A stretch of 63,917 nucleotides of DNA, counting the filler, from Collodictyon triciliatum (lineage: Eukaryota), in NCBI GenBank assembly GCA_043381765.1. It is 8 parts of 8 records of this genome, joined end to end, with 100 filler letters (N's around TTAATTAATTAA, not from the genome) between each part and the next. Parts side by side here need not be neighbours in the genome. Positions count along the whole stretch, not along the records: positions 16,021 to 23,928 come from JBHJMP010003678.1; positions 24,029 to 31,935 come from JBHJMP010003679.1; positions 32,036 to 39,931 come from JBHJMP010003682.1; positions 40,032 to 47,927 come from JBHJMP010003683.1; 4 more parts are not named here. One strand, given 5' to 3'. The notes below the pieces were generated by a model, which saw only the letters and a program-made list of their open reading frames with translations, was not told the origin of the DNA and made no database searches. Below, piece by piece: positions 23,715-41,859 of this stretch. Numbering within the stretch: the first letter of the stretch is position 1; each line of letters starts with the position of its first letter. A program made the translations under genes and the position numbers.

Positions 23715-23814
23715 ATGGACAACGATTATCATTTTGCCTTCAAGATTGTTGTCGTTGGGGATCCTGGTGTTGGGAAGACGTCGCTCGTCGTGCGGCACAC
23801 AACCGAAGAGGATG
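23715..23814 (+). CDS. Rab-like small GTPase, first exon (rest lost at contig end)
   Basis: MDNDYHFAFKIVVVGDPGVGKTSLVVRH carries the P-loop and is followed by a GT donor. Confidence 0.8.
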
Positions 23815-24028
23815 GTTCCACTTTGAATATTTGACTCTGTGCATCATGTTACTTCTGACGTTCTTCATAACTCGGCAATATTTATCTGGCCTCCTGCATT
23901 TAACCCATCTTCCTTATTCCCAACCCCCNNNNNNNNNNNNNNNNNNNNNNNNNNNNNNNNNNNNNNNNNNNNTTAATTAATTAANNNNNNNNNNNNNNNN
24001 NNNNNNNNNNNNNNNNNNNNNNNNNNNN

Positions 24029-24138
24029 TGTATGTATGTATGTATGTATGTATGTATGTATGTATGTATGTATGTATGTATGTATGTATGTATGTATGTA
24101 TGTATGTATGTATGTATGTATGTATGTATGTATGTATG

Positions 24139-24172
<34 letters not shown>

Positions 24173-24280
24173 TGTATGTATGTATGTATGTATGTATGTA
24201 TGTATGTATGTATGTATGTATGTATGTATGTATGTATGTATGTATGTATGTATGTATGTATGTATGTATGTATGTATGTA
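24029..24280. repeat. (TATG)n microsatellite
   Basis: Visible directly in the sequence. Confidence 0.95.
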
Positions 24281-24317
24281 TATTAATATCATAATATACC
24301 ATTACCATTATTTTTAG

Positions 24318-25103
24318 TAAGCATCGCAGGAAGCAAAAAGAAATGTTACTAGAAAAGTATGGCTACGAAATTTTAGAACACTGTAGGTTTTGTTTCTCTG
24401 CGCACAATTTGTTCACATCGAAGGACTTCTTGCTGAATTTTATATATTGAATTACTTATTTTCAAAAGAGAAAAGTTAAACATAAAATGAAAACAAGATT
24501 ACACAAATAACTCAAGTTGAATATATATGTATCCATTTGGAGAACACGCGAGCGTCATTCTTGTTTTAGAAATGCTGTCTTAAAAAAAGGTTTATGAATA
24601 TTTCTCAATACGTATCTAAATTTGTTGCCTTATACAGTCGATGAGGATGGGGAAGTGACGTATGTGGATACTGAAGCAAACGCTGTTGACCCAGGTTGGA
24701 TAGCTCCGTGTCTCCCACCTGTTTTCCTCCTATAGTGTTGTTATATCATGCTCAAATTAGTATAAAATAGTCAGTGTTCATTGTTTTTATGACTTATTTC
24801 CAAAGTATGCTTTCCTAGCTGCTGGACTCGAGCGCCATGATAATGCCGCCATAGTTCAACTTCTCCAGCAGAAGCAAAGAGACGAAGCCAAGGCTAAGCA
24901 TGAAGCTGAACTTGCTAGAAATAAGGAACTTCAAGAAAAACAACAGGTACCGAACAAGAATTCCATATATTTAGATAAAAGAAGAAGAAACTGTGCATAT
25001 TATAAAACTTTGAACCTTAAAAACCTTTGGATAAAATACGCGTTAGAGAGAAAAAGAAAAGGAGCGAAAAAGAACGATGAAAAAGGAACACCGCCGGATG
25101 TAA
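24318..25103 (+). CDS. CCDC43-like coiled-coil protein, last four exons
   Basis: Spliced: KQKEMLLEKYGYE...GLERHDNAAIVQLLQQKQRDEAKAKH...REKEKERKRTMKKEHRRM*, which resembles the CCDC43 C-terminus. Confidence 0.6.
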
Positions 25104-25875
25104 AAGACTTACTGCTGCGAGCTACATATTTTAAAACTTCGATCAAATGATAAACAAAATGAAATAATTTGGGGATATTCCTATCTTGGCTTCTTTTTTT
25201 TTCCCCCCCTAAGAGCTCTTCCGCACTGGCCTCCTTACATACAGTTTAGATTCCTATATAATGCGAACCATAATCCTTGTCAAATACAGTTTACGGAGAA
25301 CCTTACAAGATAATCTCTTCTTATTGGACTAAATGAGGGCTTCTTTTCCGCATTTTGAAGCATATGGAATAATAATAATACGTAGACACAGTTATAGTTA
25401 AAGATAGATGCAGATGTAGATGTAAATGTAAATGTAGATGCCTCTTTATATACGCATATGCAACATCAGATGGATTGCTGGCTGGATTAATAGACTTCTC
25501 TGTGTATATTAATTGCAGGGCAGCAGGAAAGGCATGGTCTGTGGGGTGGGGTTCAATGTGCCCTTGCTACGCCCTTTTCCGCCGGCTCTTATGAGTATCC
25601 ATGGCGTATTTGGACTCAGCTGCATTTCCAACCTGTCGATACAGAAACAGCACCGGCGAGAAAAGCGATCAAGGATGACATGAAGGCAAGCAAGCATAAC
25701 CCACCCTGCATTTTCTCGCTTCATTGTTGCTTCCCTCACGTCCACACTCTTTCTTTTTCCTGTTTTCATCCAACCCAAGCTGTCTTTTATATAATTATTT
25801 ATTTATTTATTAATGTATTTATTATGTCTTTTTTTTTTTTCCTTGATGATCGCGACGTTTCCATAAACATAAACC

Positions 25876-28173
<2,298 letters not shown>

Positions 28174-29338
28174 GGCTGAAAGGCATATTTCGGCGATTGT
28201 TACTCATTGGAGACAAGATGAGTTCTACAGTCAATAGAAATGGAATGTAAAAGACTTTTATTGCTCATTCTTTTATTTCTACAAGAGAATCTAGCCCCTA
28301 AATTTGATTGATACCCTTAAAATGTAAAACTTTTGAATTGATACTGAATTAACACTATGGAATCCAACTCCAATCTCTTGAATCCAATGAGACTTCTTTG
28401 CATAATAAATAAATATTTACCACGCTTGATTGGTTCAAACACACACACACACACACACACACACCATTTAACTTTATCATCGCCCCTTTTCTGAGCCGCA
28501 TAATTAAGGAATCGCATGTGATTGTCCATCTTTTATATTTTCTTTCTTTTTTATTTGCACCTGGAGCTTCTTTTTTTTTTTTTCTTTTTCGGTTAGATAT
28601 TTACATTTCGCTATGCACTCAGTAAATACAATTCATGACCAATCAAGTGTGTTAACTGTTTCGGTGTAGTGGCATGTCTTCTAAATAGTTTTCGTGTCTT
28701 TTCCATAAAGGATAAATTGATACCTTTCTTCCCTATCAACCTACGAAATAAATGCATTTTCATGGGTCAGTCGGATACACTTTTTTTTTTTATATATCTT
28801 TTTGAAGGGAAAAAAAAATCATGCTCCTGAAATTTTTGACACGAATGAAGATATCCTGCCTTCGCTCTCTTGTCTAAAGAAGAACTGCTTTACGATTATC
28901 ATTGTATTCCAAAAATTAGCATTCGTCATAGTCAATGTTCTATCCATCCGCAGCATAAAATCAGGTTGTTTGTTTGTTTGTTTGTTTGTTTGTTTGTTTG
29001 TTTGTTTGTTTGTTTGTTTGTTTGTTTGTTTGTTTGTTTGTTTGTTTGTTTGTTTGTTTGTTTGTTTGCACATGGGAAAGTAATACCAAGGCGCATCACA
29101 TTCAATTTTGATTTCGTTTGGTCGTAGTTTTTTTTCTCTTTTTTTCTTGTCGCTGACTCTGAAAATTCCGTCGCTTCGTCCGCAAACGGACATGCAAGGT
29201 GACAAAGCAACCAAATCAACTCGAAGCGAAGCAAAAACGAGACACAACATACAACATGACAGATTCACCCACTGTGTGGTGTAAAACAAATAACAATAAT
29301 AATAATAATAATAATAGTAGAAATAAAAGGCCGCCAGC

Positions 29339-31800
<2,462 letters not shown>

Positions 31801-32179
31801 TCTTTGGCTTGATGGTATCTTTAGCCAAAAAGTAACCATTATTTACATTCGCACGTCAGGACACTCTGGTTATGTATTCCCTATAAGCACTTTTTTTTTT
31901 TTTAGTCTCACTAGATACTGTGATGACTATACGTCNNNNNNNNNNNNNNNNNNNNNNNNNNNNNNNNNNNNNNNNNNNNTTAATTAATTAANNNNNNNNN
32001 NNNNNNNNNNNNNNNNNNNNNNNNNNNNNNNNNNNCCCCATTTTTTTTTTTTTTTGAAAGCTGCAAGAGCTATACCCCCTTTTTTTTTTTTTAAAAAAAA
32101 AAAAGAAGTGGTGTACCTTTTGGAATATACCTATTACTATTCTATTTGCTTTCTATCTTAATCGAAATAATTTTAATAG

Positions 32180-33172
32180 ATTTTCTTCGGGAGAAATTAG
32201 AAAGAGAGAGACAAGAAGAAAGCGTATTTGAGCCTATGCCCTTTCATTACCTTGAAATAGCCACACAGCTCCTTGAAAAGTAAATGACAAAACTAAACAA
32301 AAAAAAACAAAAAAAACTAGCTTTGTTGTTTCTCCAACCCCTATTATCACAATTGAATACGATAAGAAAGAGGGGATTCTTGGCCCATATCCATTATCAA
32401 TACGGTTTTCATCCATTCTCGAAAAACCAGAGCAATACATAAGGCATGCAATTTAAGATATCGAGTTCCCTCAACCAACAATTTTTTCCCCTAAAAATAA
32501 GAGAGATAAGCAAGCCAAAAAAAAAAAAATACTAATTGTAATTTTTCAGCGCTCCCGATGACATAGAAAGCATGCAAGAAGTAAGACTGCTGCTGGAGGA
32601 CATATGGGAATGCAGATCGGCCAAAGTTCGAAAGGGTCTACAAGGATTAGAGCCACAGACAACTGCCGTGAAAGTGTGTCTTTGATATATATATTCAGTA
32701 ATCCAAGCAACCCAAAATTACACAAGTCTTCATCTGCGTTTAATTTATCCTTTTTTTCCTTTATTCGATTCAAAGTGCGTTTAATTTATCACATTCTGCT
32801 ATCAGTACATCTATCCATCCATCCATCCATCCATCCATCCATCCATCCATCCATCCATCGCTTTTTCTTTTGACAAAGCAGCATCCGCACAGAGCCCTCG
32901 CATAACCATCCAACCCTTATCTGATTGCCTAGCTCAAAAACCTCAGTGCGATGGAGATCAACAGCATCCGCCCGTTTTTCGTAGAGGCCATGAACCAGTT
33001 CTTTTGGCTATCACGAGGCCACCAACGAAGGTCTGCCGCGCAATCGGGGTCTTCGCTGGGGTCGTCCTTTGGGGTTTCTCAGAGTCTCTCACAGACCCAC
33101 TCGCACACTCCATACACATCCGATTCGAGCAGCGGCGCGGGTCCCTCTCGCCCGTCGTCCTCTCGGTCGTAA
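32180..33172 (+). CDS. PSF2: GINS complex subunit PSF2, last three exons
   Basis: [23 protein letters not shown]...[36 protein letters not shown]. Confidence 0.9.
32750..32775 (-). mobile_element. Ultra-short LINE-A 3'-tail insertion in a PSF2 intron
   Basis: CTTTTTTTCCTTTATTCGATTCAAAG between perfect 15-bp repeats TGCGTTTAATTTATC (32735-32749 and 32776-32790). Confidence 0.85.
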
Positions 33173-33838
33173 GACTGAACACGCCCGTGTTGCTTCAGTT
33201 GAAAATACCGGTCTAATATTTTGTTTTCATCATCACCCACACCCACATATATGCACACACGCACCATCCTCGCCTTCGTATTATTGGCTATGTCGCTTCT
33301 GCTACAAATGCTTCTCGTCACACCCCACCGGAAAGAAAATAACCCCAACAAAACATGGAGGAATACCGACTGCGATAGCAACAAGCTGAAGAGAAAGCCA
33401 AACTGTGTTTTTATTCCACCCCCTTTTTCTTCTTTCTTCCCTTCTTTTCTTTCTCCTTTTCTTCGCTTGATTACACTTTGACTTTAACCACTCATAAACC
33501 GCCATTTTTACACACACACACATATATATATATTGCAGAGGAAGAGAATGACTAAAAGATAAAAATAAAGGTAAACAAAAGAAAAGAGTTTTTTTTAAAA
33601 AAAAAAAACCAAAAATCAATCAGAAAACAGTTTGCTGCATGCGCCTTCTTGTGCACCCCAACATGTGGGATGAAGCCCGCTGCCTTTGAAGACAGAGACA
33701 GAAACTGCATTCACGATTTTCGATTTCTGTAGCTGAGCTGCGCGCGTTTGTGAGGTAAAGGAAAGAAGGAAAGAAGGAAAGAGGGAAAGAAGAGAGAAAG
33801 AAAAGGAGAAAGAAAAGGAGAAAAGCAGGAACAGAGAC

Positions 33839-35368
33839 ATGTCGCTGGGGCTGGAACGGGCGATCGAAGGACTCTCCCTGGTCGCGGAGTTGAAGGATGT
33901 TTTCTTGTCGATTCTCGGAGAGGCCAACACGCTGGGGGAGGCGAATCGGCAGGTGGACTCCGCGCGAAGGTATGCAAGAAAGCGTCTCGGGTGGAAGACC
34001 CGCTCCAAGGCCCTCTCGCAGCACACACGAAACACCTCTTGTCGCTCTCTTTCTACCTGCATGGGGTGATCCTGCTGCTGCCATCGTGCAAGTGTCTTGG
34101 CTAGCTCACGGGCCTGCAATTGATATACTCTCTTTCTTTCTTTCTTTCTTTCTTTCCTTTTTCCTATTTCCCTTTTCCTTCCTTTTTCTATCACCATCAC
34201 CATCATCATCATCACCATCATCATCACCATCATCATCACCATCATCACATGCCCCTCTTGCTACCTATCGGGTTTGCGCTATAGTATCAGAGAGGCCAAA
34301 TATAGATGGAGTGAGGTTTCCACAAAGCTTGGACATATTTTAGGACAGATGCAACTGGAGAGGTCACAACATGAGGTATTTTTTATTTGCCTGTTCTCCA
34401 TTCACTCGTATATATACTCTTAATTTCGCTTACTTGGACACAGGAACAATGTATGGTCTATTTTTCCATTTTTTTAAAAAAATCAAGGTGCACTTCGAAA
34501 ACACCCCATTCTCACATATGCTTATTTTAAAACGTGTAATAGTACACAAAAAAGAATATTTATATATATTCTTGTGGAAAAAAGAAGAGAAAATGTACGC
34601 ACACATGAGTTTTTTACAAGATAATATCAGTAAAGGAAATCGATGTTTGCTTACTCTAATTTGGGTGTATTTATCAGAAGATTGAGTTGAATTCAGTTGA
34701 AAAGTCTTCCCTCGAAGAAGAAAGAGAAATGTTGAAAAAGGTAACACTTGGATTGATATAAATACTTACAGCCTATGCATGGACTGTTCTGTTCAATCAC
34801 CAACTTTATTCCTTTATTACTTTGAATCGAATAAAGGAAAAAAAACTTTATTCCTTTATTCCTTTATTCCTATTCCTATTTCTATTCCAATATTTTTGGA
34901 GGCGGGTTATTATCAAACGATTAACTATCAATACATGCATGAAACCCATGAAGTAAGTACTGTTCTTGTTTAATTACCGGCCGTATTAGAAATGGATTGA
35001 ACAAGAGGCTGACATTAAGCAACTGACACTCCTTTTATACGATTTGCATATTAAGCTCAAAGTAATTTATGGTTTATTAGTGAAAATAAAATAAGATACA
35101 AAACGGCCTTGTTTTTTCTCAATAAACTGTTGAAAAGAAACCAAAAAAATACAAAAGAAAAGAAAGTGATAAAGTAGTGGAAATAGAACCTATTGAAGTG
35201 GTTTTTTAGGACATGCATTTTAGCATTCTTACTACGTTTTTGATTATCCATGAACTAATTTGAACAAGAGCACCGAATATCAAGATTATTCTGCTAATGC
35301 CCTTCCAATAATTACCACAGGTCCTGAACACTATCCCCCTCCGAAACCCAACCACGAGCGAGTTATGA
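33839..35368 (+). CDS. Small hypothetical coiled-coil protein, multi-exon
   Basis: Exons MSLGLERAIEGLSLVAELKDVF..., KIELNSVEKSSLEEEREMLKK, KWIEQEADIKQLTLLLYDLHIKLK, VLNTIPLRNPTTSEL*. Early exon structure unresolved. Confidence 0.5.
34819..34843 (+). mobile_element. Ultra-short LINE-A 3'-tail insertion in an intron
   Basis: ACTTTGAATCGAATAAAGG(A)n between 17-bp repeats AACTTTATTCCTTTATT (34802-34818 and 34844-34860). Confidence 0.82.
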
Positions 35369-35445
35369 CCCGTGATAAAGACTGACCCACCGCCATGGAA
35401 TCTTCTCAACCATAAAGAAGCATTTTTCAACATCCTTTCCGAAAT

Positions 35446-35487
35446 CACTTTGAATCGAATAAAGGAAAAAGAAAAAAGAAAAAAAAA
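35446..35487 (+). mobile_element. LINE-A 3'-tail remnant running into a scaffold gap (N 35488-36070)
   Basis: CACTTTGAATCGAATAAAGG plus A-rich tail. The right-hand TSD is hidden by the gap. Confidence 0.7.
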
Positions 35488-37507
35488 NNNNNNNNNNNNN
35501 NNNNNNNNNNNNNNNNNNNNNNNNNNNNNNNNNNNNNNNNNNNNNNNNNNNNNNNNNNNNNNNNNNNNNNNNNNNNNNNNNNNNNNNNNNNNNNNNNNNN
35601 NNNNNNNNNNNNNNNNNNNNNNNNNNNNNNNNNNNNNNNNNNNNNNNNNNNNNNNNNNNNNNNNNNNNNNNNNNNNNNNNNNNNNNNNNNNNNNNNNNNN
35701 NNNNNNNNNNNNNNNNNNNNNNNNNNNNNNNNNNNNNNNNNNNNNNNNNNNNNNNNNNNNNNNNNNNNNNNNNNNNNNNNNNNNNNNNNNNNNNNNNNNN
35801 NNNNNNNNNNNNNNNNNNNNNNNNNNNNNNNNNNNNNNNNNNNNNNNNNNNNNNNNNNNNNNNNNNNNNNNNNNNNNNNNNNNNNNNNNNNNNNNNNNNN
35901 NNNNNNNNNNNNNNNNNNNNNNNNNNNNNNNNNNNNNNNNNNNNNNNNNNNNNNNNNNNNNNNNNNNNNNNNNNNNNNNNNNNNNNNNNNNNNNNNNNNN
36001 NNNNNNNNNNNNNNNNNNNNNNNNNNNNNNNNNNNNNNNNNNNNNNNNNNNNNNNNNNNNNNNNNNNNNNGAAATTGATACAGTTGATGCATAAATACCT
36101 ACATTTCCCCTCCTTATTCCAATCAAATATTAAGAATAAAACTACAAATGCGTCATATTTGCTATGTGCATTTGCAGAAGAGAAAAGTTGCAGTTCAAAT
36201 CTTGGGTGGGTAGATACCGCTGCTGAAAAGAAGCCAATATTGGGTTGAATATGGTGGCTTTATCAGACATCTCTCCATATCTCTGTTTGCTTTTGGTCAG
36301 AACAGCAACCATGGAGGGTTTGGTATGGTGGTAGTCCAACATCAATATTTCCCTTGTTTTTTTTTATTTCGAACCTTAAATTTTATTTATCTTGCACTAT
36401 ATGCCTTTATTATTTGAGACCTTGGAAAGTAACTCATATGACTCATCGATTCTTTGGATTTCCATTGGTTATGGGTGAGATTAATGACAGGGAATGATGC
36501 GGCGCTGAAAAGTTTTGCGTTGATTCTAATATGGAATGATTTTTACCTGTTGAGGCTTTGCAGCAAGTGCATTGTCCTCCTAGCTAAAAGGCAGATAACC
36601 TTCGCGAAGTTCACGGCGCTTTAGAGCAGTTTTAATGAGGGCATCTTTTGGTAAAGGGCTTCTCGAAATGACCTTTGCAAGGACATATAGTGACTTTGTG
36701 AGTGGCTTGTTTTTGTGCACATAAGAGTACAAGTGAATATCAATCATATACACTATGGAAACGAGCTATCTGTGCTCTATCGGCTCACCAGCAATCTCTT
36801 TCATGACGGATATGGGGTTGCCTCGCTGTGCTTATTTGGGCTTTACCCAAGCGCAAATAATAAAAAGTGGCCGTATTCATCAGGTCGAGGTAGTGATAAG
36901 ACACAATGAAATTTTATGCATGGAGCCCATTTACAGGAAACCAAGGATACAAAAAAAAAAAAACATATCATGATCGAGGTGTGATTAAATTAAGCAAACC
37001 TAAACCATTCTCATGGCAGAGGAAAAGATTGGGTCAGATGCAACTTTGGCGTACTCTGTAGAGGGTACATAACTTAACTGAATAGTGCATCGCAGATGAG
37101 AACACAGAACTAGGATTGAGCAGAAATGTGTACAGAGTATGTCAATCATATATGGGACAAGGCGGATATTTTCATAAGTTAGATTGATAGAGTGACTAAA
37201 AGCATGACTTAAGATATTTACAAACCTCTGATAGAAGTATGATAGAAATATTTATTTTCGGATAGGCTCAATGTTCTTGACTTTCTCTATTCTTTTCGAA
37301 GATGATACTCATGGTCATATTAAAGATATAATTAAAACTGAACTTTTATGTACAACCTTGTAATGGTTCATTGGCGCACGAGTTTGTGTTATACTACTGT
37401 AAAAAGAATATCCAGCAAGGCTGCGTCATACATCACGACTGATAAAACCAGATGAAAAACGCTTTGTGTAGAATAAGACTCCAATTCAAATCGTACAGGC
37501 TGCAAAA

Positions 37508-37606
<99 letters not shown>

Positions 37607-37953
37607 ATTAATAAATATAATTAAAAGGAAAAAGGAAAGAAGGAAAGCATAATGCTACTCACAACAGCTTTCTGCACCACTATTATAAAAGCTCGCCCTC
37701 TTGTAAGGATGAATGATTGAGTAAAGTAGAAGTAAAACAACCCTTAATAAGTCAATGAAGCGTGTTCTAAAAACGTCGTCTATTCGCCTTCTTCATAGAC
37801 CGTGAGTCTAAAAAAAAAAAAAGGTTAAGATCCGCTGAACGACCAAACAGTAACGGATGGCGATCAGCGAACTTATGGTCGCACCATTCAGCGCATCGTG
37901 TCCACAATAGGGAGGAAGGCAAACCAGAGGGTGTTGTGGGTCTCGGTTTTCTT

Positions 37954-39718
37954 TTATTTGTCCTCCAACGCCTTCTTGATGGCAGCAAAGACCCTGAACT
38001 CGTCAGGCACATAGACAGGCTCAAAGACAAGAGGGAAGGGTGTGTCATAGCCGCAGACACGCAGGATGGGTGCTTCCAAGTGGTAGAAGCATCGCTCCTG
38101 AATGGAGGCTGCGATTTCGGCACCGAATCCGCTGGTCACGGGGGCTTCGTGGCTGACAATCAGGCGACCTTTGAGGGCATGTCAAGTCATCTCACTGCGT
38201 AAGGAACCATCTCTCATTTTTATACAAATGCGCATCATCTTTTACTCTCTCCTTCTCTTTTCTGTATGCAGAGGAGACATATTCATTTGTTCAAAGAAAA
38301 AAAACCACCACGATATCTTCAAGCGCAAATCGCTACCTGTCTTTTTAACGGAGCTCTCAACCAAGTCCACATCCCACGGAAGAAGCGTACAAAGGTCAAT
38401 AAGTTCACACGAGATACCTACCTCTCTGGCCATGTTGCAAGCCTTCTCTAGGACATGTATCTATGAACAAAGCTACTATTAATGACAGACTCAAAATATA
38501 TACATCCTAAGCAAAAGGGTCTTTTAATTTTTCATCTTTCTGCAGTCCTCGAGGATAGTTGTAGAGAAGCATGGTGGCCTTTTCATCAAATAAATTTTCA
38601 TATTGGTACCTGGGCACCCCATCCAACTATGGTCACATCAGACCCCTCGCGAATGATATCTCCTTTTCCCAGCGGGATTGTGTAGTCGCAAAGGGGCACT
38701 TGTGCGACAGATGACCGGTAAATCCACTTGGGCTCTAAGAACACAACGGGGTCTTGCTCGCGGATGGAAGCCAGCAAGAGACCCTTGGCCATGGCTGGGT
38801 TTCGTGGGACAACCACCTATAACCAGCACGTATATATAACCAAATATATATTTGGGATAAGAGGTTGGTGTTTCCTTTTTCTTCTTCTCCTTTAGGGTAT
38901 TATCTCGTTCATACCTTCAGTCCAGGGGTATGTGTGAAATACGCTTCAGGCGACTGGGAATGATAATGCGCACCATGACCAACAGCACCATAAGGGGCGC
39001 GGAAAGTTAGCTTTCCAACATTAAATTCATTCCCTGAGCGATATCGGTACTTTGCAGCCTCATTTACTATCTAATCCATGAGGAGATAACGAGTATTTGA
39101 AAGTAATTTTAGGTGAAATTGAACGCAAAAGTTACTTGAAATATATCCTTATCTACAAAGATAAAAAAAAAAATACACAACTCCAGGTTTCACCGACATA
39201 AAATTTATCATAAACATTTCGATTGATTCCTAGAAGCATAATATAAAAGATAAATATTGAATCACTTGGTCAAAAGCTGGGAAAATGTAATCGGCAAATT
39301 GTATTTCAGCGATGGCAGTAGCACCTTCAGAGGCCAAACCGATGGCAAATCCAGCGATACCTACGTTATTAAAGCAACTTTTGAGAATAGGAGGAAAAAA
39401 TTGCTCAGAGACACTAAAACCTGCTCACAGACATACAGAGATTGAATATTCAGACAAAATGTAAGGGGGAAAAAAGAGAGGGAATAGTATGTCCATAATG
39501 AAATATTGTTTTTGGATGTTACCTTGTTCGCATAATGGTGTATTGAACACTCTGTGAGCTCCAAACTTTTCTCTCAGATCTACAGTGCAACGAAAGACAC
39601 CACCAAAGGCAACATCCTCACCGAAGATGCAGGCAGTTGGGTCACTTTCAAGAGCGATTCTCATGGCATCATTCACAGCTTGGAAGAGATTCATTTTCTT
39701 TGTGTTGTTTATGTCATC
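37954..39718 (-). CDS. BCKDHB: Branched-chain 2-oxoacid dehydrogenase E1 beta subunit, 5' exon(s) missing
   Basis: [15 protein letters not shown]...[14 protein letters not shown]...[67 protein letters not shown]. Confidence 0.95.
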
Positions 39719-40268
39719 CTTGTATTGAATCAAATAAAGTTGAGTGATTGTGTAGTTACTTAAGCTAAGGTAAAATAGCAGAATTAGGTGATAAAGGAAA
39801 CCAAGACACGCGTGGATTGGTAGAAGAAAAATAAAAATTAAGTTTATAGAGACAAGTTAAATGTATAGATTCATATCCAATGTCATCGATGTCTCACAAT
39901 GTGCTGATATTCATAAAAATATGATAAAATANNNNNNNNNNNNNNNNNNNNNNNNNNNNNNNNNNNNNNNNNNNNTTAATTAATTAANNNNNNNNNNNNN
40001 NNNNNNNNNNNNNNNNNNNNNNNNNNNNNNNTCTGATGTGATAATTGGTATAGGTGATTTGTAAAATTTTCTCTTGGTTATTTTCTTTTACATGTATGCT
40101 TTTTATGGCATTTAACCACAATTTTGGATATTTTGACAACAATCTCATTTATTTAGAAAGTTAGATGAGCAATTTGACTGCATGATAAAAAAGAAAAAAA
40201 GAACTACATTTGAAAAAGTTCGATTCAATATGATAAGATATAAATGATAAAAGATAAGAAAGAAAACC

Positions 40269-41234
40269 TTCAGTATTCGTCCCAGATGATTCATCCAGAA
40301 TATTTGAGGTTTCCTGAAGTTTTCTAGTGTCGGTATGGGTGGAAGTCTTTGTGGAAGTTACCTTTTAGTACATTTAATCATCAATATTCCCATCCATCTC
40401 TACAGTATTGACGCCTCAAATTATAGAGAAATAACTAGGGAATTTTTTTATTATCATTTCAATTTACACATGATAAAATACTAAATTTTTTTCCAAAACA
40501 CATGTTCATTTTAAAAAATGAAATACTTTTGTGCTGAAGATTACTGTTTATGTTGCTATTACCTTTGAAAATATATCACCTTCATCACAGGACTGTGTAT
40601 ATGGCGATTTTCTTCCATGAGTCACATGCTCCATTTTTTCTACATCTTGATATACGCGATTTGTGGTAAAAGCATCACCTTCGGGCAGATATGCCATTCT
40701 ACCAGGTATAAACAGAGCGGCAGGCTTGTTTCCAGAATCATGGTCATCCATTTCCGACTCTGATTTAGAGTCTGCTTCTGTAAAAGATGCGTCGGTATGG
40801 TGGATTGGATAATGTGATAACACCTTTGTGATTCTGTGGTGCCTGTGGGTGCCATTATCCGGAGCGTCATCCAAAACAGAAAAGTCAATACTTTCGCTCT
40901 CCTGAAGATCGCCATTTGTCTCGCCTGGATCATCTTCGTCATCGTCTCGTTGGAGTGAACCGCGTATCTTGTGAGCAAGGGCATTTTGATTGTAGCGGGG
41001 GCTGGCATCGGGACGAGAGACAATTCGCTCTCTGCTTGTAAATCCTCTGAATTTGTCTATTTTCCGTCCCTCCATGTTGCTATTCTGCTGGGTTAAGATT
41101 GCGTCGGTTGATGCATACGTGCTTCGAGATGTAGCTCGCCAATCATTTTCTACCCGCGGAACATATTCCAGGGCATGAAGGCCGATCTCATCTTCGGGTT
41201 CAAAAGCGTCGTCCTCGTCTCTAGAATCATCCAT
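40269..41234 (-). CDS. Hypothetical acidic low-complexity protein, first exons (continues beyond contig edge)
   Basis: ATG 41234 opens a ~224-codon exon ending at a GT donor near 40562. A second exon lies near 40269-40362. Confidence 0.55.
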
Positions 41235-41786
41235 TGTGACTTAACTGCCTCAAGATAAGATTTCTCTTTTCACTTTTTCTGCGATAAAAAAAAAAAGAAA
41301 CAAAATGGTTTTTGAGGTGTATATTTATTGGATTCAAGTGATTAAACAAATCATCGGTAATCCCTCGGATCAATGAACCAGCATTAGTATGTGCTGAATT
41401 ATAAATAGTGTTGGCTGTGGAGCAAGTTTGTTTCTTAAACTTGTAACTGGGGGTAACTGATGGATTCTTTGTGAAGGTTGCGTTGATTGTTGGGGAAAAA
41501 ATAAGTGACAGGAAGGCAGGAAACTCCAACCCCAAAACTTCTGTCCTTGGTAAGCTAATCCGAAACGCTGGAATGATTGCATGTTGTAGGGGTGGAATAT
41601 GGCGAATCGTGCTATCGACTTGGTTAAAAGGTGAGTCTTCTACAACCTTTATGACTGTGTAAAAAGGAACAAGTAATAAATAATTCAACACCATAAATAA
41701 AATTGAAAGACAGGAACTTCCTACGTGCTTGATCGTTGCAGGAATAATGACCTGTGAACCAGAGCCCGCCACAGCAAAAATAAGTC

Positions 41787-41803
41787 CGCTCCCAGGTGGG
41801 CTC

Positions 41804-41840
<37 letters not shown>

Positions 41841-41859
41841 CCGGTTGCGCCATGGAAGC
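41787..41859 (-). tRNA. trnN: tRNA-Asn(GTT)
   Basis: GCTTCCATGGCGCAACCGGTAGCGCGTTCGGCT-GTT-AACCGAAAGGTTGGTGGTTCGAGCCCACCTGGGAGCG folds as a complete cloverleaf with TTCGA T-loop. Confidence 0.96.

Noticed and set aside
14599-23814. Rab 3' exons (14599-15714) and Rab first exon (23715-23814) as one rearranged or trans-spliced gene
   Set aside because: They are on different, unlinked contigs, and nothing ties them together.
22886-24317. ORFs made of FYCFIVLL or MYVC/YIHT repeats
   Set aside because: Translations of microsatellites.
36071-37500. Possible gene after the scaffold gap
   Set aside because: Only short ORFs, and I could not assemble a consistent or recognisable exon chain.
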